Shown: positions 20,068 through 31,495, numbered from the stretch's first letter. The stretch: 64,000 bases of DNA from Burkholderiales bacterium (GCA_965279075.1 CBDIHI010000009.1:217275-281274); one strand, 5' to 3'. Notes: generated by a model from the letters alone, not told the origin. Numbers and translations: made by a program.

Positions 20068-20538
20068 TCAGAGCTCTTTCTTGAGTTGCGTAAGCAGGTC
20101 GGCGTGCGCCTGTGCGTTCACTTCGCGCAGCAGGATCTTCTCGGCACCGGCGACGGCGAGCGAAGCGACCTGCTCGCGCAGCGTTTCGCGCGCACGGGAC
20201 ACGTCCTGCTCGATCTCCGCCTTGGCGGCGGCCTTCTCGCGGCCGCTCTCCTCTTTCGCAGCGTTCTTGGCGGCCTCGATCATTTGGGAGGCGCGCTTCT
20301 CGGCCTGGGCGATGATCTCGCCGGCCCGGTCGCGCGCCGCCTGGATCTCATCCGCAGCCTGCTTTGCCGAGGTCTCGAGCGACTTGCGACCCTGGTCGGC
20401 GGCGGCGAGTCCGTCGGCGATGGTCTTCTGCCGGGTCTCGATCGCCTTCAGCATCGGCGGCCAGACGAACTTGATCGTGAAGCCGATGAACGCCAGGAAT
20501 ACGGCGGCCTGGGCGAACAGCGTAAGGTTGATGTTCAT
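20068..20538 (-). CDS. atpF: F0 ATP synthase subunit b
   Basis: 156 aa. Single N-terminal TM followed by a long charged helix, with the expected operon position. Confidence 0.9.
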   Translation of the reverse strand: MNINLTLFAQAAVFLAFIGFTIKFVWPPMLKAIETRQKTIADGLAAADQGRKSLETSAKQAADEIQAARDRAGEIIAQAEKRASQMIEAAKNAAKEESGREKAAAKAEIEQDVSRARETLREQVASLAVAGAEKILLREVNAQAHADLLTQLKKEL

Positions 20539-20572
20539 GCGTCCCCCTAGCGGGAAAAACCGGCCGCGAGGC

Positions 20573-22064
<1,492 letters not shown>

Positions 22065-22100
22065 CGCTGCCGGTTCGCATCGACGAATCTTGGTTCGAGC

Positions 22101-22130
22101 AAACCCGTTGATTGTAATTGTCTTAGGTGT
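22101..22130 (-). promoter_or_regulatory. Candidate sigma70 promoter of the atp operon
   Basis: On the minus strand: TTGACG (22130-22125), 18-nt spacer, TACAAT (22106-22101), about 35 nt upstream of the atpI ATG. Confidence 0.45.
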
Positions 22131-22197
22131 TTTCCGTCAATGTGACGCGGCGATGCAGCAATGAAACTGCGTCCCGTTCCCCGTCTGCGTCCGCCTT

Positions 22198-23049
22198 TCA
22201 TCTACCGCCCAGTTTGGCCAGCAGTTCGTCGAGGTGCTCGAAACTGGAGTAATGCAGGACCAGCTTGCCGGTCCCCTTCCGGCCCGCCTTGATCTCGACA
22301 GTAGTGCCTATCTTCCCGGAGACGTCTTCTTCCAGCCGGGCGATGTCGCGGTCCACTTTCTTGCTGCGGCGCGGCGCCTTGGCGCCTTTAAGCATCTGCT
22401 GGGCGAGCGCTTCTGTCTCCCGTACCGACATCCCGCGGGCGGCGGCGCGATTGGCCGCCTCCACCTGGTGTGCCCCGTCCAGCGCCAGCAGGGCCCGGGC
22501 ATGGCCCATCTCCAGCACCCCCTCCATGACCATGGCCTGCACGGGCTTGGCGAGGTTGAGCAGCCGGAGCAGGTTGCTCGCTGCGCTGCGCGAGCGTCCG
22601 ACCGCGTCGGCCGCCTGCTGGTGGGTCATCTTGAACTCCTGCACGAGTCGCTGCAGGCCGGCCGCCTCCTCCATCGCGTTGAGGTTCTCGCGCTGGATGT
22701 TCTCGATCAGCGACATCGCCGCCGCAGACTCGTCCGGCACCTCGCGCACGAGCGCGGGCACTTCGTCCAGGCCGGCCATCTGCGCCGCCCGCCAGCGCCG
22801 CTCGCCTGCGATGAGTTCGTAGCGGTCGCGCTCCACCGGGCGCACAAGCACCGGCTGCATCAGGCCCTGGGTCTTGATCGAGGCAGCCAGTTCGGCCAGC
22901 GCCTCCTGGTCCATCTTCGTGCGCGGCTGGTACTTGCCCGGCCGGATCCTGTTGACGGCCAGCGTCATCAGCGCGTCCTTGCGCGACGACGTTTCGTCAC
23001 CGCCAAGCAGCGCATCCAGCCCGCGTCCCAATCCTTTCGGTTTGATCAT
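22198..23049 (-). CDS. parB: Chromosome partitioning protein ParB (Spo0J)
   Basis: 283 aa. GLGRGLDALL N-terminus, the ParB box LIENIQRENLN, and an HTH region. Confidence 0.93.
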   Translation of the reverse strand: MIKPKGLGRGLDALLGGDETSSRKDALMTLAVNRIRPGKYQPRTKMDQEALAELAASIKTQGLMQPVLVRPVERDRYELIAGERRWRAAQMAGLDEVPALVREVPDESAAAMSLIENIQRENLNAMEEAAGLQRLVQEFKMTHQQAADAVGRSRSAASNLLRLLNLAKPVQAMVMEGVLEMGHARALLALDGAHQVEAANRAAARGMSVRETEALAQQMLKGAKAPRRSKKVDRDIARLEEDVSGKIGTTVEIKAGRKGTGKLVLHYSSFEHLDELLAKLGGR

Positions 23050-23065
23050 CGTCCTTTCCAGTTCC

Positions 23066-23836
23066 TCATGCGGCCGCGGAGCCGGCCAGCAGTTCGTCGG
23101 CCAGCGCGAAGTAGGCCAGCGCGCCCTTGGACCCGCGGTCCCAACACACCGCCGGCGTGCCGTAGCTGGGCGCCTCGGCGAGCCGGACGTTGCGCGGCAC
23201 GAGCGTCTTGAACACCTTGTCGCCGAAGTGCTGCTCGAGCTGAGCCGAGACCTGCTGGGAGAGCGTATTGCGCGGGTCGTACATGGTGCGCAGCAACCCG
23301 CCGATCTCGAGCGAAGGGTTTAGGTTGGAACGTACGCGCTTCACCGTCCCCACCAGGTCGGAGAGTCCCTCCAGCGCGTAGTACTCGCACTGCATGGGGA
23401 TCAGCACTTCGCGCGCGGCCACGAGCCCGTTGATCGTGAGCAGCGACAGCGAGGGTGGGCAGTCGATCAGGATGTAGTCGTACTCGCTTTCGACGAGCGC
23501 CAGCGCAGCCTTGAGGCGCCCTTCGCGGTTGGGGAGATCGACGAGTTCGATCTCCGCCCCGGCGAGTTCACGGTTGGCGGCCAGCAGGTCGTACCTGCCG
23601 GTAACGGAGCTGACGCGGATGGAGACGGCTTCCCCCAGCCCCAGCAGCACCTGGTACACCGTCCGCGAGATTGACTTCTTGTCGATCCCGCTGCCGGTGG
23701 TGGCGTTGCCCTGCGGATCAAGGTCGACGAGCAGCACGCGCTTGCCTCGCTCGACAAGGCTCGCTGCGAGATTGACTGAGGTGGTCGTCTTGCCGACGCC
23801 GCCCTTCTGGTTCACGACCGCTATGATCCGCGCCAT
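23066..23836 (-). CDS. parA: Chromosome partitioning ATPase ParA (Soj)
   Basis: 256 aa. Deviant Walker A NQKGGVGKTT. Confidence 0.93.
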   Translation of the reverse strand: MARIIAVVNQKGGVGKTTTSVNLAASLVERGKRVLLVDLDPQGNATTGSGIDKKSISRTVYQVLLGLGEAVSIRVSSVTGRYDLLAANRELAGAEIELVDLPNREGRLKAALALVESEYDYILIDCPPSLSLLTINGLVAAREVLIPMQCEYYALEGLSDLVGTVKRVRSNLNPSLEIGGLLRTMYDPRNTLSQQVSAQLEQHFGDKVFKTLVPRNVRLAEAPSYGTPAVCWDRGSKGALAYFALADELLAGSAAA

Positions 23837-24463
23837 CTAGGCCCCCAGCCTGCAGAGCACCAGGTGACGGTCGCCGTCGACCAGGGGCACGGCGAGCCTG
23901 ACCGGCTCCGCGCAGCCCACGCCAGCCGGCACCTTGGCGATTTCCTCGTGCGGATAGACACCTTTCATCGCGGCGAAGAACCCGCCTGGCCTCACGAGGT
24001 GCCGGCAGGACGCGATGAAGTCGGCGATCTCCGCGAACGCCCGGGAGATCGCGCCATCGAAACGCGTTTCGGGACGCCAGTCCTCGGCGCGTCCGACATG
24101 AACCTCGACGTTTCCCAATCCCAGTTCGATGACCGCCTGCTGCATGAACGCGCCTTTTTTGTGGTTGCTGTCGTTCAGGGTCACGCGCCGCCGGGGTTGC
24201 GCGATCGCGATCGGGATGCCCGGCAATCCACCGCCGGCGCCGATGTCTACAAGGGCGCCTTCCGGTAAATGGGGCAGCACCGACAGCGAGTCGATCAGGT
24301 GGTGGCTCACCATGCGCTCGGGTTCGCGGATGGCAGTGAGGTTGTACGTGCGGTTCCACTTGGCCAGCAATTCGACATAGGCGAGCAACTGCCGCTGTGC
24401 CTGCCCCGGGAGTTGGAGACCCAGGCCTTCGAGGCCGAGCGCCAGCGTCGCGGCCGGCGTCAT
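23837..24463 (-). CDS. rsmG: 16S rRNA (guanine527-N7)-methyltransferase RsmG (GidB)
   Basis: 208 aa. [18 protein letters not shown] motif, with the conserved position downstream of mnmG. Confidence 0.92.
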   Translation of the reverse strand: MTPAATLALGLEGLGLQLPGQAQRQLLAYVELLAKWNRTYNLTAIREPERMVSHHLIDSLSVLPHLPEGALVDIGAGGGLPGIPIAIAQPRRRVTLNDSNHKKGAFMQQAVIELGLGNVEVHVGRAEDWRPETRFDGAISRAFAEIADFIASCRHLVRPGGFFAAMKGVYPHEEIAKVPAGVGCAEPVRLAVPLVDGDRHLVLCRLGA

Positions 24464-26352
24464 GCGGACTTCTTCTGGGTGACGAACCCGCGCTTGAGGT
24501 GCACGAGCAGCAGTGAAACCGCAGCCGGCGTGACACCCTGCATCCGCGCCGCCTGGCCGACGGTTTCCGGCTTGAAGCGGTTGAGCTTCTGTTGGACCTC
24601 GCGCGACAAACCTCGAACTTCGGCGTAGTCGAGGTCGGCAGGCAGCTTCAGGGAGCCCTGCGCTTCGCGCCGCTCGACCTCGTCCTGCTGTCGCGTGATG
24701 TACCCGGAGTATTTGGCCTGTACCTCGATCTGCTCGGCGATTTCGGCGTCGACGACACCCGGGCCTGCGTTCGGCAAGGACATCAGGGCGGCATACGACA
24801 CGTCTGGCCTGCGAAGTAGATCTGAAAGCGTGTACTCACGTTCAATGCCTTTGCCAAGCACGCGCTCAGCGTCTTCCCGAGCGAGCGTGCGCGGATTGAC
24901 CCACACCGATTTCAGTCGCTCCTGCTCGGTCGCGATGGCATCGCGCTTGCGGTTGAACGCGTCCCAGCGAGCGTCGTTAACGATCCCGAGACGGCGACCG
25001 GTCTCAGTCAGGCGCAGGTCGGCGTTGTCCTCGCGCAGCATCAGCCGGTACTCCGCCCGGCTGGTGAACATCCGGTAGGGCTCGGAAACGCCCCGAGTGA
25101 TCAGGTCGTCCACGAGCACACCCAGGTAGGCCTCGTCCCTGCGGGGGCACCATGCTTCGTGCCCATGGGCCAGGAGGGCAGCATTCAGGCCCGCCAGCAG
25201 GCCCTGGGCGCCCGCCTCCTCGTACCCGGTCGTCCCGTTGATCTGGCCCGCGAAGAACAGCCCGGCGATCGATTTGGTTTCAAGAGAGGACTTCAGGTTG
25301 CGCGGGTCGAAATAGTCGTACTCGATGGCGTAGCCCGGCCGAAGGATATGGGCGTTCTCCAATCCCCGGATGCTGTGGACCGCCTCCAGCTGCACGTCGA
25401 AAGGAAGGCTGGTCGAGATCCCGTTGGGGTAGTACTCGTGCGTGGTCAGGCCTTCCGGCTCCAGGAAGATCTGGTGGCTCGATTTGCCGGCAAACCGGTG
25501 GATCTTGTCCTCGATCGAGGGGCAGTACCGCGGGCCGACCCCCTGGATCACGCCGGTGAACATGGGGGAGCGGTCCAGCCCTCCACGGATGATCTCGTGG
25601 GTACGCTCGTTCGTATGGGTAATCCAGCAAGGCAGCTGCTGCGGGTGCATGTCCCGCCGGCCGATGAAGGAAAACACCGGCTCCGGTGTGTCGCCCGGCT
25701 GCTCCTGCATGACGGAAAAGTCGATCGTCCTCCCGTCGATACGGGGCGGTGTCCCGGTCTTAAGGCGCCCGACCGGGAGGTTCATCTCGCGCAACCTGGC
25801 GGCCAGCGTGACCGAGGCTGGATCCCCTGCCCGGCCGCCCTGGTGCTTTTCCAGCCCCACGTGGATCAGCCCGGCCAGAAATGTACCGGTGGTCAGGACC
25901 ACGGCTGGGGCCCGGAATTCGATCCCGACCTGTGTGCGGATCCCCGCCACCCGATCGCCTTCTAGGATGATGTCGTCGACCGCCTGCTGGAAAAGCGTGA
26001 GGTTGGGCTGGTTTTCCACCCTGGTCCGGATCGCCTGGCGATAAAGGACCCGGTCGGCCTGCGCCCGGGTAGCCCGCACTGCGGGGCCCTTGGAGGAGTT
26101 CAACGTGCGGAACTGGATACCGGCCTCGTCCGTCGCGAGAGCCATTACGCCGCCCAGCGCGTCGATCTCCCGCACGAGGTGGCCCTTGCCGATCCCCCCG
26201 ATGGAGGGATTGCAGGACATTTGCCCAAGCGTCTCTATGCTGTGGGTCAGCAACAATGTGTCACAGCCCGCCCGGGCGGCCGCAAGCGCAGCTTCGCTGC
26301 CGGCATGACCGCCGCCGACCACAATGACGTCGAATTCCTTGGGGAAACGCAT
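24460..26352 (-). CDS. mnmG: tRNA uridine-5-carboxymethylaminomethyl modification enzyme MnmG (GidA)
   Basis: 630 aa. [24 protein letters not shown] fold and conserved GidA sequence throughout. Confidence 0.97.
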   Translation of the reverse strand: MRFPKEFDVIVVGGGHAGSEAALAAARAGCDTLLLTHSIETLGQMSCNPSIGGIGKGHLVREIDALGGVMALATDEAGIQFRTLNSSKGPAVRATRAQADRVLYRQAIRTRVENQPNLTLFQQAVDDIILEGDRVAGIRTQVGIEFRAPAVVLTTGTFLAGLIHVGLEKHQGGRAGDPASVTLAARLREMNLPVGRLKTGTPPRIDGRTIDFSVMQEQPGDTPEPVFSFIGRRDMHPQQLPCWITHTNERTHEIIRGGLDRSPMFTGVIQGVGPRYCPSIEDKIHRFAGKSSHQIFLEPEGLTTHEYYPNGISTSLPFDVQLEAVHSIRGLENAHILRPGYAIEYDYFDPRNLKSSLETKSIAGLFFAGQINGTTGYEEAGAQGLLAGLNAALLAHGHEAWCPRRDEAYLGVLVDDLITRGVSEPYRMFTSRAEYRLMLREDNADLRLTETGRRLGIVNDARWDAFNRKRDAIATEQERLKSVWVNPRTLAREDAERVLGKGIEREYTLSDLLRRPDVSYAALMSLPNAGPGVVDAEIAEQIEVQAKYSGYITRQQDEVERREAQGSLKLPADLDYAEVRGLSREVQQKLNRFKPETVGQAARMQGVTPAAVSLLLVHLKRGFVTQKKSA

Positions 26353-26411
26353 GCCTGTGCCGCTGTTCTACCGCTGGGGGCCGACTTCGGGGAGGCGCAA
26401 TGATACGTGAT

Positions 26412-26427
26412 TGTTCCACGTGAAACT
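26412..26427. promoter_or_regulatory. parS centromere-like site (15/16 match to TGTTNCACGTGAAACA)
   Basis: TGTTCCACGTGAAACT; only the last base differs from the widely conserved chromosomal parS consensus. Confidence 0.8.
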
Positions 26428-26459
26428 AGGCGACCGGGACCCCGACGCCAAGGCCCTGA

Positions 26460-26475
26460 TGTTCCACGTGGAACA
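26460..26475. promoter_or_regulatory. parS centromere-like site (perfect 16-bp palindrome)
   Basis: TGTTCCACGTGGAACA: 15/16 to the parS consensus and perfectly palindromic. Lies 48 bp centre-to-centre from the first site. Confidence 0.85.
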
Positions 26476-26595
26476 GCCTCGGCATCACGCCCGGACGGCC
26501 CACCCTCCCGGTCGGGCGAAATCGCTCTGGCATGCCCGGGCGATCTCGTCGATCATGCGCGTCTGCCCAAACCACCCTCATCCGGAGTCCATGCA

Positions 26596-27735
26596 ATGAA
26601 GATCGTCGATGTCATCACCCACCAGCTCTCGTGCGATGTCGAGAAGCCTTTCACCTCCTCGCGCGGCTGGTGGTACAAAACCAAGGGGGCGCTGGTGGTC
26701 GAGGTGGTCACCGACGAAGGGATCATCGGATGGGGCGACTGCTACGGCCCCTCGGCGGTCGCCAAAAGCGTTGTGGACTCCCTGCTAAAGCCATCAGTAA
26801 TCGGACGCGACCCGTTCGACGTCGAGGTCATCTGGGAGACCCTTTACAACAAGGTGAAGGATTACGGCCTGACCGGGATGACCATCTCCGGGATCAGCGG
26901 GATAGACATCGCCCTTTGGGACATCATCGGCAAGGCCACCGGGAAGCCGATCCACAAGCTGATCGGCGGTGCATTCCGTACCGACCTCACGGCCTACGCT
27001 ACGGGCCTGTACTTCACCGACATGAACCGGCTGACCGAGACGGCGGTAGAGGAGGCCATTGGGTACAAAGAGCAGGGGTTCCCGGCCGTGAAGATGAAGA
27101 TCGGGCTCGGCTCAATGAAGAAGGACCTCGACCGGATCGCCGCGGTTCGCGACGCCATCGGCCCGGACATGCTGCTGATGGTCGACGCCAACCACTGCTA
27201 CAACGTGCCCCAGGCCATCCAGATCGGTCGGGAGATGGAAAAACTGGGCATCCACTGGTTCGAGGAACCCGTGTCCCCCGAGGACCTGGACGGGTACGCC
27301 GAGGTCTCCCAAGCGCTCGACATGCAGGTCGCCGGCGGGGAGAACGAATTCACCAAGTTCAGCTTCCGCGAGATCATCAACCGCCGCGCAATGGACATCG
27401 TCCAGCCCGACGTCTGCGCGGCCGGCGGCATTACCGAGTGCAAGAAGATCGCCACCCTGGCCCAGGCGCACTGGGTCCAATGCGTGCCGCACGCTTGGGG
27501 AACGGCCATTGGCCTCACTGCGACGATGCACTTTCTGGCCTCGCTGCCGGAGTGCCCGCCCTGCCTCGTTCCGCAGCCCCCCATGCTCGAGTACGAGCAG
27601 ACCTACAACCCGTTCCGCGAAGAACTCGGCGGCGACGTGTTCAGCCACAAGAACGGTATCGTGAAGGTGCCGGGCGGGCCCGGCCTCGGGATCGAGATCA
27701 ACCGCGACATCCTGAAGCGCTACAAGGTCGCCTGA
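26596..27735 (+). CDS. Enolase-superfamily enzyme (mandelate racemase / muconate lactonizing enzyme family; acid-sugar dehydratase-like)
   Basis: ATG at 26596 with GGAG 9 nt upstream. MR/MLE motifs VKMKIG, MVDANHCY, FEEP, AGGE, HAWG. The upstream 63 codons of the 442-aa ORF cover the parS region and look non-coding. Confidence 0.85.
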   Translation: MKIVDVITHQLSCDVEKPFTSSRGWWYKTKGALVVEVVTDEGIIGWGDCYGPSAVAKSVVDSLLKPSVIGRDPFDVEVIWETLYNKVKDYGLTGMTISGISGIDIALWDIIGKATGKPIHKLIGGAFRTDLTAYATGLYFTDMNRLTETAVEEAIGYKEQGFPAVKMKIGLGSMKKDLDRIAAVRDAIGPDMLLMVDANHCYNVPQAIQIGREMEKLGIHWFEEPVSPEDLDGYAEVSQALDMQVAGGENEFTKFSFREIINRRAMDIVQPDVCAAGGITECKKIATLAQAHWVQCVPHAWGTAIGLTATMHFLASLPECPPCLVPQPPMLEYEQTYNPFREELGGDVFSHKNGIVKVPGGPGLGIEINRDILKRYKVA

Positions 27736-27762
27736 GTATTGCTCGGGCAGTGAATGCACATG

Positions 27763-27788
27763 CCAAAAACGGAAATAACATTTCCGTT
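27763..27788 (-). terminator. Candidate Rho-independent terminator downstream of the kinase gene
   Basis: 9-bp stem AACGGAAAT/ATTTCCGTT (27768-27788) with a 3-nt loop. On the minus strand it runs into TTTTTGG. The surrounding patch is AT-rich. Confidence 0.45.
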
Positions 27789-27865
27789 AGCGCGGCTTCA
27801 GGAGCCGACTTTCCTAAACTAAAGATTGACTTTGTTGCGCGGGCCGGCCGGCCTGCGCGACCGGC

Positions 27866-30406
27866 TCAGCGCTGCCGCGCCCGCTCGACCTTGACCCCGT
27901 TCTTTTCGGCGAGCGTGTAGTAGCGCAGAGACTCGCCGTAGTCCTTCGGCACGTCGCCCTTGCCCTCGACGTATATGTCGCCAAGCGCCTTGGCGGCCTC
28001 GAAATTGCCGTCCCTGATTGCGCGCGAGTAAAGCCGCACGGCGAGCTTGATGTTTCCGGCGGCCTCCGCCGCCCTCGCCTGCTCGAAATTCGACGGCGCG
28101 GCCGCCACTGCGGTCGGTGCGGCGGAAGCAACCTGTGTATTGCCCCCGGCGGTACTGGCCCCGGGTGCGGGTGCGACTGTGGCCGCCTGCGCAGGCGCTT
28201 CGGCAGGTGCACCTGACTTGGCGGCCCGCTCCCTCTCCAGCCGGTCAGCCCGCTCGGCCAACGTCTCCGTCTTGCGGTCGACCTTCGCGGCCGGCGCAGG
28301 TGCGGGTGCAGGCGCCGCCTTCGGTGCAGCAGCGACAGGTGCGGCAGCGGCAGCCTTGGCTTGGCGATCGGCTTCGGCTTTCTCGGCAGCAACGCGGTCA
28401 GCCTCCGCCTTGGCGCTCGCGTTCCTTTCAGCAGCGGATTTGTCGGCAGCGGCCTTCTCGGCGGCGACTTTGTCGGCAGCCGCCTTCTCCGCATCAGCCT
28501 TCTTCTGCGCGTCAGTCTTTTCCTTGGCCTTTTCGGCCGCGTTCTTCTTGTCTTCCGCGGCCTTCAGGGCGGCCTTGGATTCAGCATCGCGCTGCTTGAC
28601 CAGATCGGCCTGTTTGGCGAGCTCGGCCTCCTTCTTCGCGGTCTCTTCCGCGAGGCGCTTCTGCTCGGCTATGTCGCCACGGGCCTTCGCGGCCTCTTCC
28701 GCCGCCTTCGCATCAGCCACCGCCTTCTGCGCCTGAACCTCGGCTTCACGGGCCTGGTTCAACGCCTCGTTGGCCTTCTTGGCTTGGTCGAGGGCGGCCA
28801 TGAGTTCCTTCATCTCCGGCGCCGGTGCCGGCTTGAAGATGTACCAGCCGCCGAGTCCGAGCGCGACGACCAGCAAGCCAATGCCCGCAGGAACCAGAGG
28901 GGATCCCTTTTTCTTGCGGATCTCCTTGGTCAGATAATCGGTTTCCGCAGCTTTCTTGGCGAGGGCCTCCTCGTTCTTCTTGAGCTCTTCCTCCTGCTTC
29001 TTCAGCTGGACCTGAAGGTCGGCCTCGCGCTTGGCGAGCTTGGCCTCGAACTCGGCTTTCTCCTTGGCTTCCTGTTCGGCGCGGACCTTCGCCTCGGCCT
29101 GGCGCTGGGCCTCGATTTCGGCCGTGCGCTTCTTGTACTCTTCCTCGCGCTTGACGAGTTCAGCCTCGAGCTTGGCCTTCTCCTCGGCGAGCTTGGCCTT
29201 GACCTCGGCCTCGCGGCGGGCAGCTTCCTCGAGTTCGCGCTTCTCCTGCTCGGCGGCCTGGAGCCCCTTGCTGGTGGTCTCCTCACTGGCGACCCCGCGC
29301 AGCTTGGCGCTCTTCCTCTTTGCCAGGGCGGCATAAATGCCGTCCGGGAATTGCTTCACGTAGAGGTCGAAGTCGTCGGCGTCGTTCCCATCCTTGATCG
29401 AACGCCAGAATTCGAGCTCGACTTCCTGGGTTCCCATGGCGCCCGACTGGGAGCCCGTCCCTGCGGCGGGGGCTGCGGCGATGGCCGCAGGCGGCAGCGG
29501 CGCGTCAAACCGGAGCGAGCCCACCACCGTCTTCTCGGTGTCGTCGCCGGGCGCCTTGCCTTCGAGCGCGTTCTTGAGGTCGGTGCCGAGATCCCGCGCG
29601 CTTTGGTACCGCGCGTTCATGTTCTTCGCGAGCGCCTTGGCGATCACCGCGTCGAAAATGGGGGAGATGTTCGTATTGAGCTTGGACGGCATCACCGGCT
29701 CGTCCTGGAGGATCTTCTTTGCGATCGTCCAGGTGCTTGTGCCGGTGAACGGCTTCTCGCCGGTAAGGAACTGGTAAAGGATGATGCCAGCCGAGAAAAT
29801 GTCCGTGCGGCGGTCGATTTCCCCGCCCTCGATCTGCTCGGGCGACATGTAGGCCGGGGTGCCGACGATCGCGCCGGCCTGGGTCTTTTCCGAGGCGGAG
29901 CGGTCAGCATCGGTGATCCGCGCCACACCGAAGTCGGCCAGCTTCACACGGCCCTTGTTGTCGATCATCACGTTCGCGGGCTTGATGTCCCGGTGGATGA
30001 TCCCCGCTTCGTGCGCGAAGTGGAGTGCCTCGCACAACTCGCCCATGATGTGGACGGCTTCCTTGATGTCGAAGCGCTCGTTCGCGTCGAAGAAGTCCTT
30101 GAGCTCCTTGCCCTGGATGAACTCCATCACGATGTACGCGACGTCACCCTCGGCGCCGAAGTCGTACACCTGCACGATGTTGGGATGGTTCAGCCGCGCG
30201 ACCGCCTGGGCCTCGCGGTCGAAGCGCATCGTGTATTCCTTGGCAGTATCCTCATCCAGGGCGCTCTTGAGAATCGTCTTGATCGCGACCTTGCGGTGCA
30301 ACCGCGGGTCCATGCCCGCATAGACGACACCCATGGCGCCCTTGCCCAGGACACTCACGATGTCGTAGCGCCCGAGGCGCTTTATGTCAGATCCGGCTGT
30401 CGACAT
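27866..30406 (-). CDS. Membrane-spanning Hanks-type Ser/Thr protein kinase with coiled-coil, low-complexity and C-terminal Sel1-like repeat regions
   Basis: 846 aa. Kinase motifs GKGAMGVV, VAIK, HRDIKPAN, DFG, TPAYMSPE (residues ~14-280). One TM at ~503-524 (LVPAGIGLLVVALGLGGWYIF). Lys/Ala/Glu-rich segments on both sides of the TM. C-terminal Sel1-type repeat (AAKALGDIYVEGKGDVPKDYGESLRYYTLAEKNG). Confidence 0.85.
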   Translation of the reverse strand: MSTAGSDIKRLGRYDIVSVLGKGAMGVVYAGMDPRLHRKVAIKTILKSALDEDTAKEYTMRFDREAQAVARLNHPNIVQVYDFGAEGDVAYIVMEFIQGKELKDFFDANERFDIKEAVHIMGELCEALHFAHEAGIIHRDIKPANVMIDNKGRVKLADFGVARITDADRSASEKTQAGAIVGTPAYMSPEQIEGGEIDRRTDIFSAGIILYQFLTGEKPFTGTSTWTIAKKILQDEPVMPSKLNTNISPIFDAVIAKALAKNMNARYQSARDLGTDLKNALEGKAPGDDTEKTVVGSLRFDAPLPPAAIAAAPAAGTGSQSGAMGTQEVELEFWRSIKDGNDADDFDLYVKQFPDGIYAALAKRKSAKLRGVASEETTSKGLQAAEQEKRELEEAARREAEVKAKLAEEKAKLEAELVKREEEYKKRTAEIEAQRQAEAKVRAEQEAKEKAEFEAKLAKREADLQVQLKKQEEELKKNEEALAKKAAETDYLTKEIRKKKGSPLVPAGIGLLVVALGLGGWYIFKPAPAPEMKELMAALDQAKKANEALNQAREAEVQAQKAVADAKAAEEAAKARGDIAEQKRLAEETAKKEAELAKQADLVKQRDAESKAALKAAEDKKNAAEKAKEKTDAQKKADAEKAAADKVAAEKAAADKSAAERNASAKAEADRVAAEKAEADRQAKAAAAAPVAAAPKAAPAPAPAPAAKVDRKTETLAERADRLERERAAKSGAPAEAPAQAATVAPAPGASTAGGNTQVASAAPTAVAAAPSNFEQARAAEAAGNIKLAVRLYSRAIRDGNFEAAKALGDIYVEGKGDVPKDYGESLRYYTLAEKNGVKVERARQR

Positions 30407-30586
30407 TGAAGATTTCTGAAAGGCTTGTACGCCCGGAGGCTTGGTAGCGTAGAACCATTATGCCTTGTGCGCAAAAAAAATGCGCTTCCCTGCGCGGGCG
30501 CCCCTGACCCCCAATGATTCACCAGTTTGGCGATTTTTGCCACCCCGCCGAGGATTCCAGCCCCTGCCGCAGCGCGCCAGACCGCC

Positions 30587-31495
30587 TTATTCCGCTGCGG
30601 CGCGTTTCGCTGCCTCCCGCACCTCGATCGCCATGTGCCGCGCGAGCAGGCCCTCGGCCCGGGAAACCACCGGGAGGTCGATCATTTTCCGGTCCAGGGC
30701 GAACGAACCCCGCCCGACTGCGGCGGCCCTGACGCTCTCTTCCACGATCCGGCGGGCATAGGCGACTTCCTCGACGGCCGGCGAATACTCCTCGTTCACG
30801 ATCGGCACCTGCCCCGGATGGATACAGCCGGCGCCCATGAATCCGAACTGCCGGGAGCGCCGCACCATGGCCCGGAATGCCGCCCAGTCGCCGAAACCAG
30901 CCACGCTGGCGATGAAGCCCAGCGGCATCAGCCCGGCCGAGCAGGCCGCGAAGACCATTTGCTGCTTGGGCATCTGCAGCGCCTCTTCCGAGGGGGCCAT
31001 GCCGTTCTCAAGCGCAAAATCCTCGCCCCCGATATTCATCGCGGCAAGCCGCCCCACGGCACCTGCGATGTCCGCCATACGAAAAAAAGCAGCCGGGGTC
31101 TCGATCATCGCGATAAAGCGGGTATGGCCGGCAGGCAAGCCGCGCTTCAACTCGAGTTCCGCGACCAGTTCGTCTAGCAGGCGCAGGTGGTCGGCCCCTT
31201 GGACCTTGGTGACGGCGATGCCGTTCACGTCCGGGCCGATCGAAGCCTCGAGGTCCCGCACCGCCATCGACAGCGGGCGGTTGATGCGCACCACGACATC
31301 CGCCCCGCCTCGCCGAACGCGCGCCGCCACGGCGGGCACCAGCGTGCGGGCACGGTCCTTCTCGGCAGGGGATACGCTGTCCTCAAGGTCGACCTGGATG
31401 CAGTCGGCTCCGCGGGTATGGGCCTTGTCGACGTACTTCTCCACATTGACAGGGACGTACAGCAGCGAGCGCCATACAGGGAGGCCATCCTTCAT
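30587..31495 (-). CDS. HpcH/HpaI-CitE family acyl-CoA lyase (citryl/malyl/citramalyl-CoA lyase-like)
   Basis: 302 aa. N-terminus RSLLYVPVNVEKYVDKA...DCIQVDLEDSV and the GGEDF motif typical of CitE-like lyases. Its ATG overlaps the upstream CoA-transferase stop (ATGA). Confidence 0.8.
   Translation of the reverse strand: MKDGLPVWRSLLYVPVNVEKYVDKAHTRGADCIQVDLEDSVSPAEKDRARTLVPAVAARVRRGGADVVVRINRPLSMAVRDLEASIGPDVNGIAVTKVQGADHLRLLDELVAELELKRGLPAGHTRFIAMIETPAAFFRMADIAGAVGRLAAMNIGGEDFALENGMAPSEEALQMPKQQMVFAACSAGLMPLGFIASVAGFGDWAAFRAMVRRSRQFGFMGAGCIHPGQVPIVNEEYSPAVEEVAYARRIVEESVRAAAVGRGSFALDRKMIDLPVVSRAEGLLARHMAIEVREAAKRAAAE

Noticed and set aside
26407-26595. 63-codon N-terminal extension of the enolase-superfamily ORF
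   Set aside because: The extension is Arg/Pro-rich and covers the two parS palindromes. The ATG at 26596 has a GGAG RBS and gives the family-typical MKIVDV... start.
26353-26595. E. coli-style oriC next to mnmG (gidA)
   Set aside because: I found no TTATCCACA-like boxes or AT-rich unwinding element here. The conspicuous palindromes match parS rather than DnaA boxes, and the DnaA boxes cluster around dnaA instead.
27755-27823. 22-codon ORF (MHMPKTEITFPLARLQEPTFLN) in the AT-rich enolase/kinase spacer
   Set aside because: It has no RBS and overlaps the terminator hairpin, and there is no supporting signal. It is most likely a chance ORF in an intergenic terminator region.
28040-28760. Repetitive Ala/Lys/Glu-coding DNA inside the kinase gene considered as a VNTR or diversity-generating target
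   Set aside because: The repeats are imperfect at the DNA level and sit in frame within one long ORF. No reverse transcriptase or template repeat lies nearby. They are best explained as low-complexity coiled-coil or linker sequence.
30470-30505. GCGC-A8-TGCGC / T8 element downstream of the CitE-like gene considered as a terminator
   Set aside because: Only a 4-5 bp stem can be drawn, so although the T8 tract on the minus strand is striking I could not support a confident terminator call. It may instead be an UP-like element for the kinase promoter.
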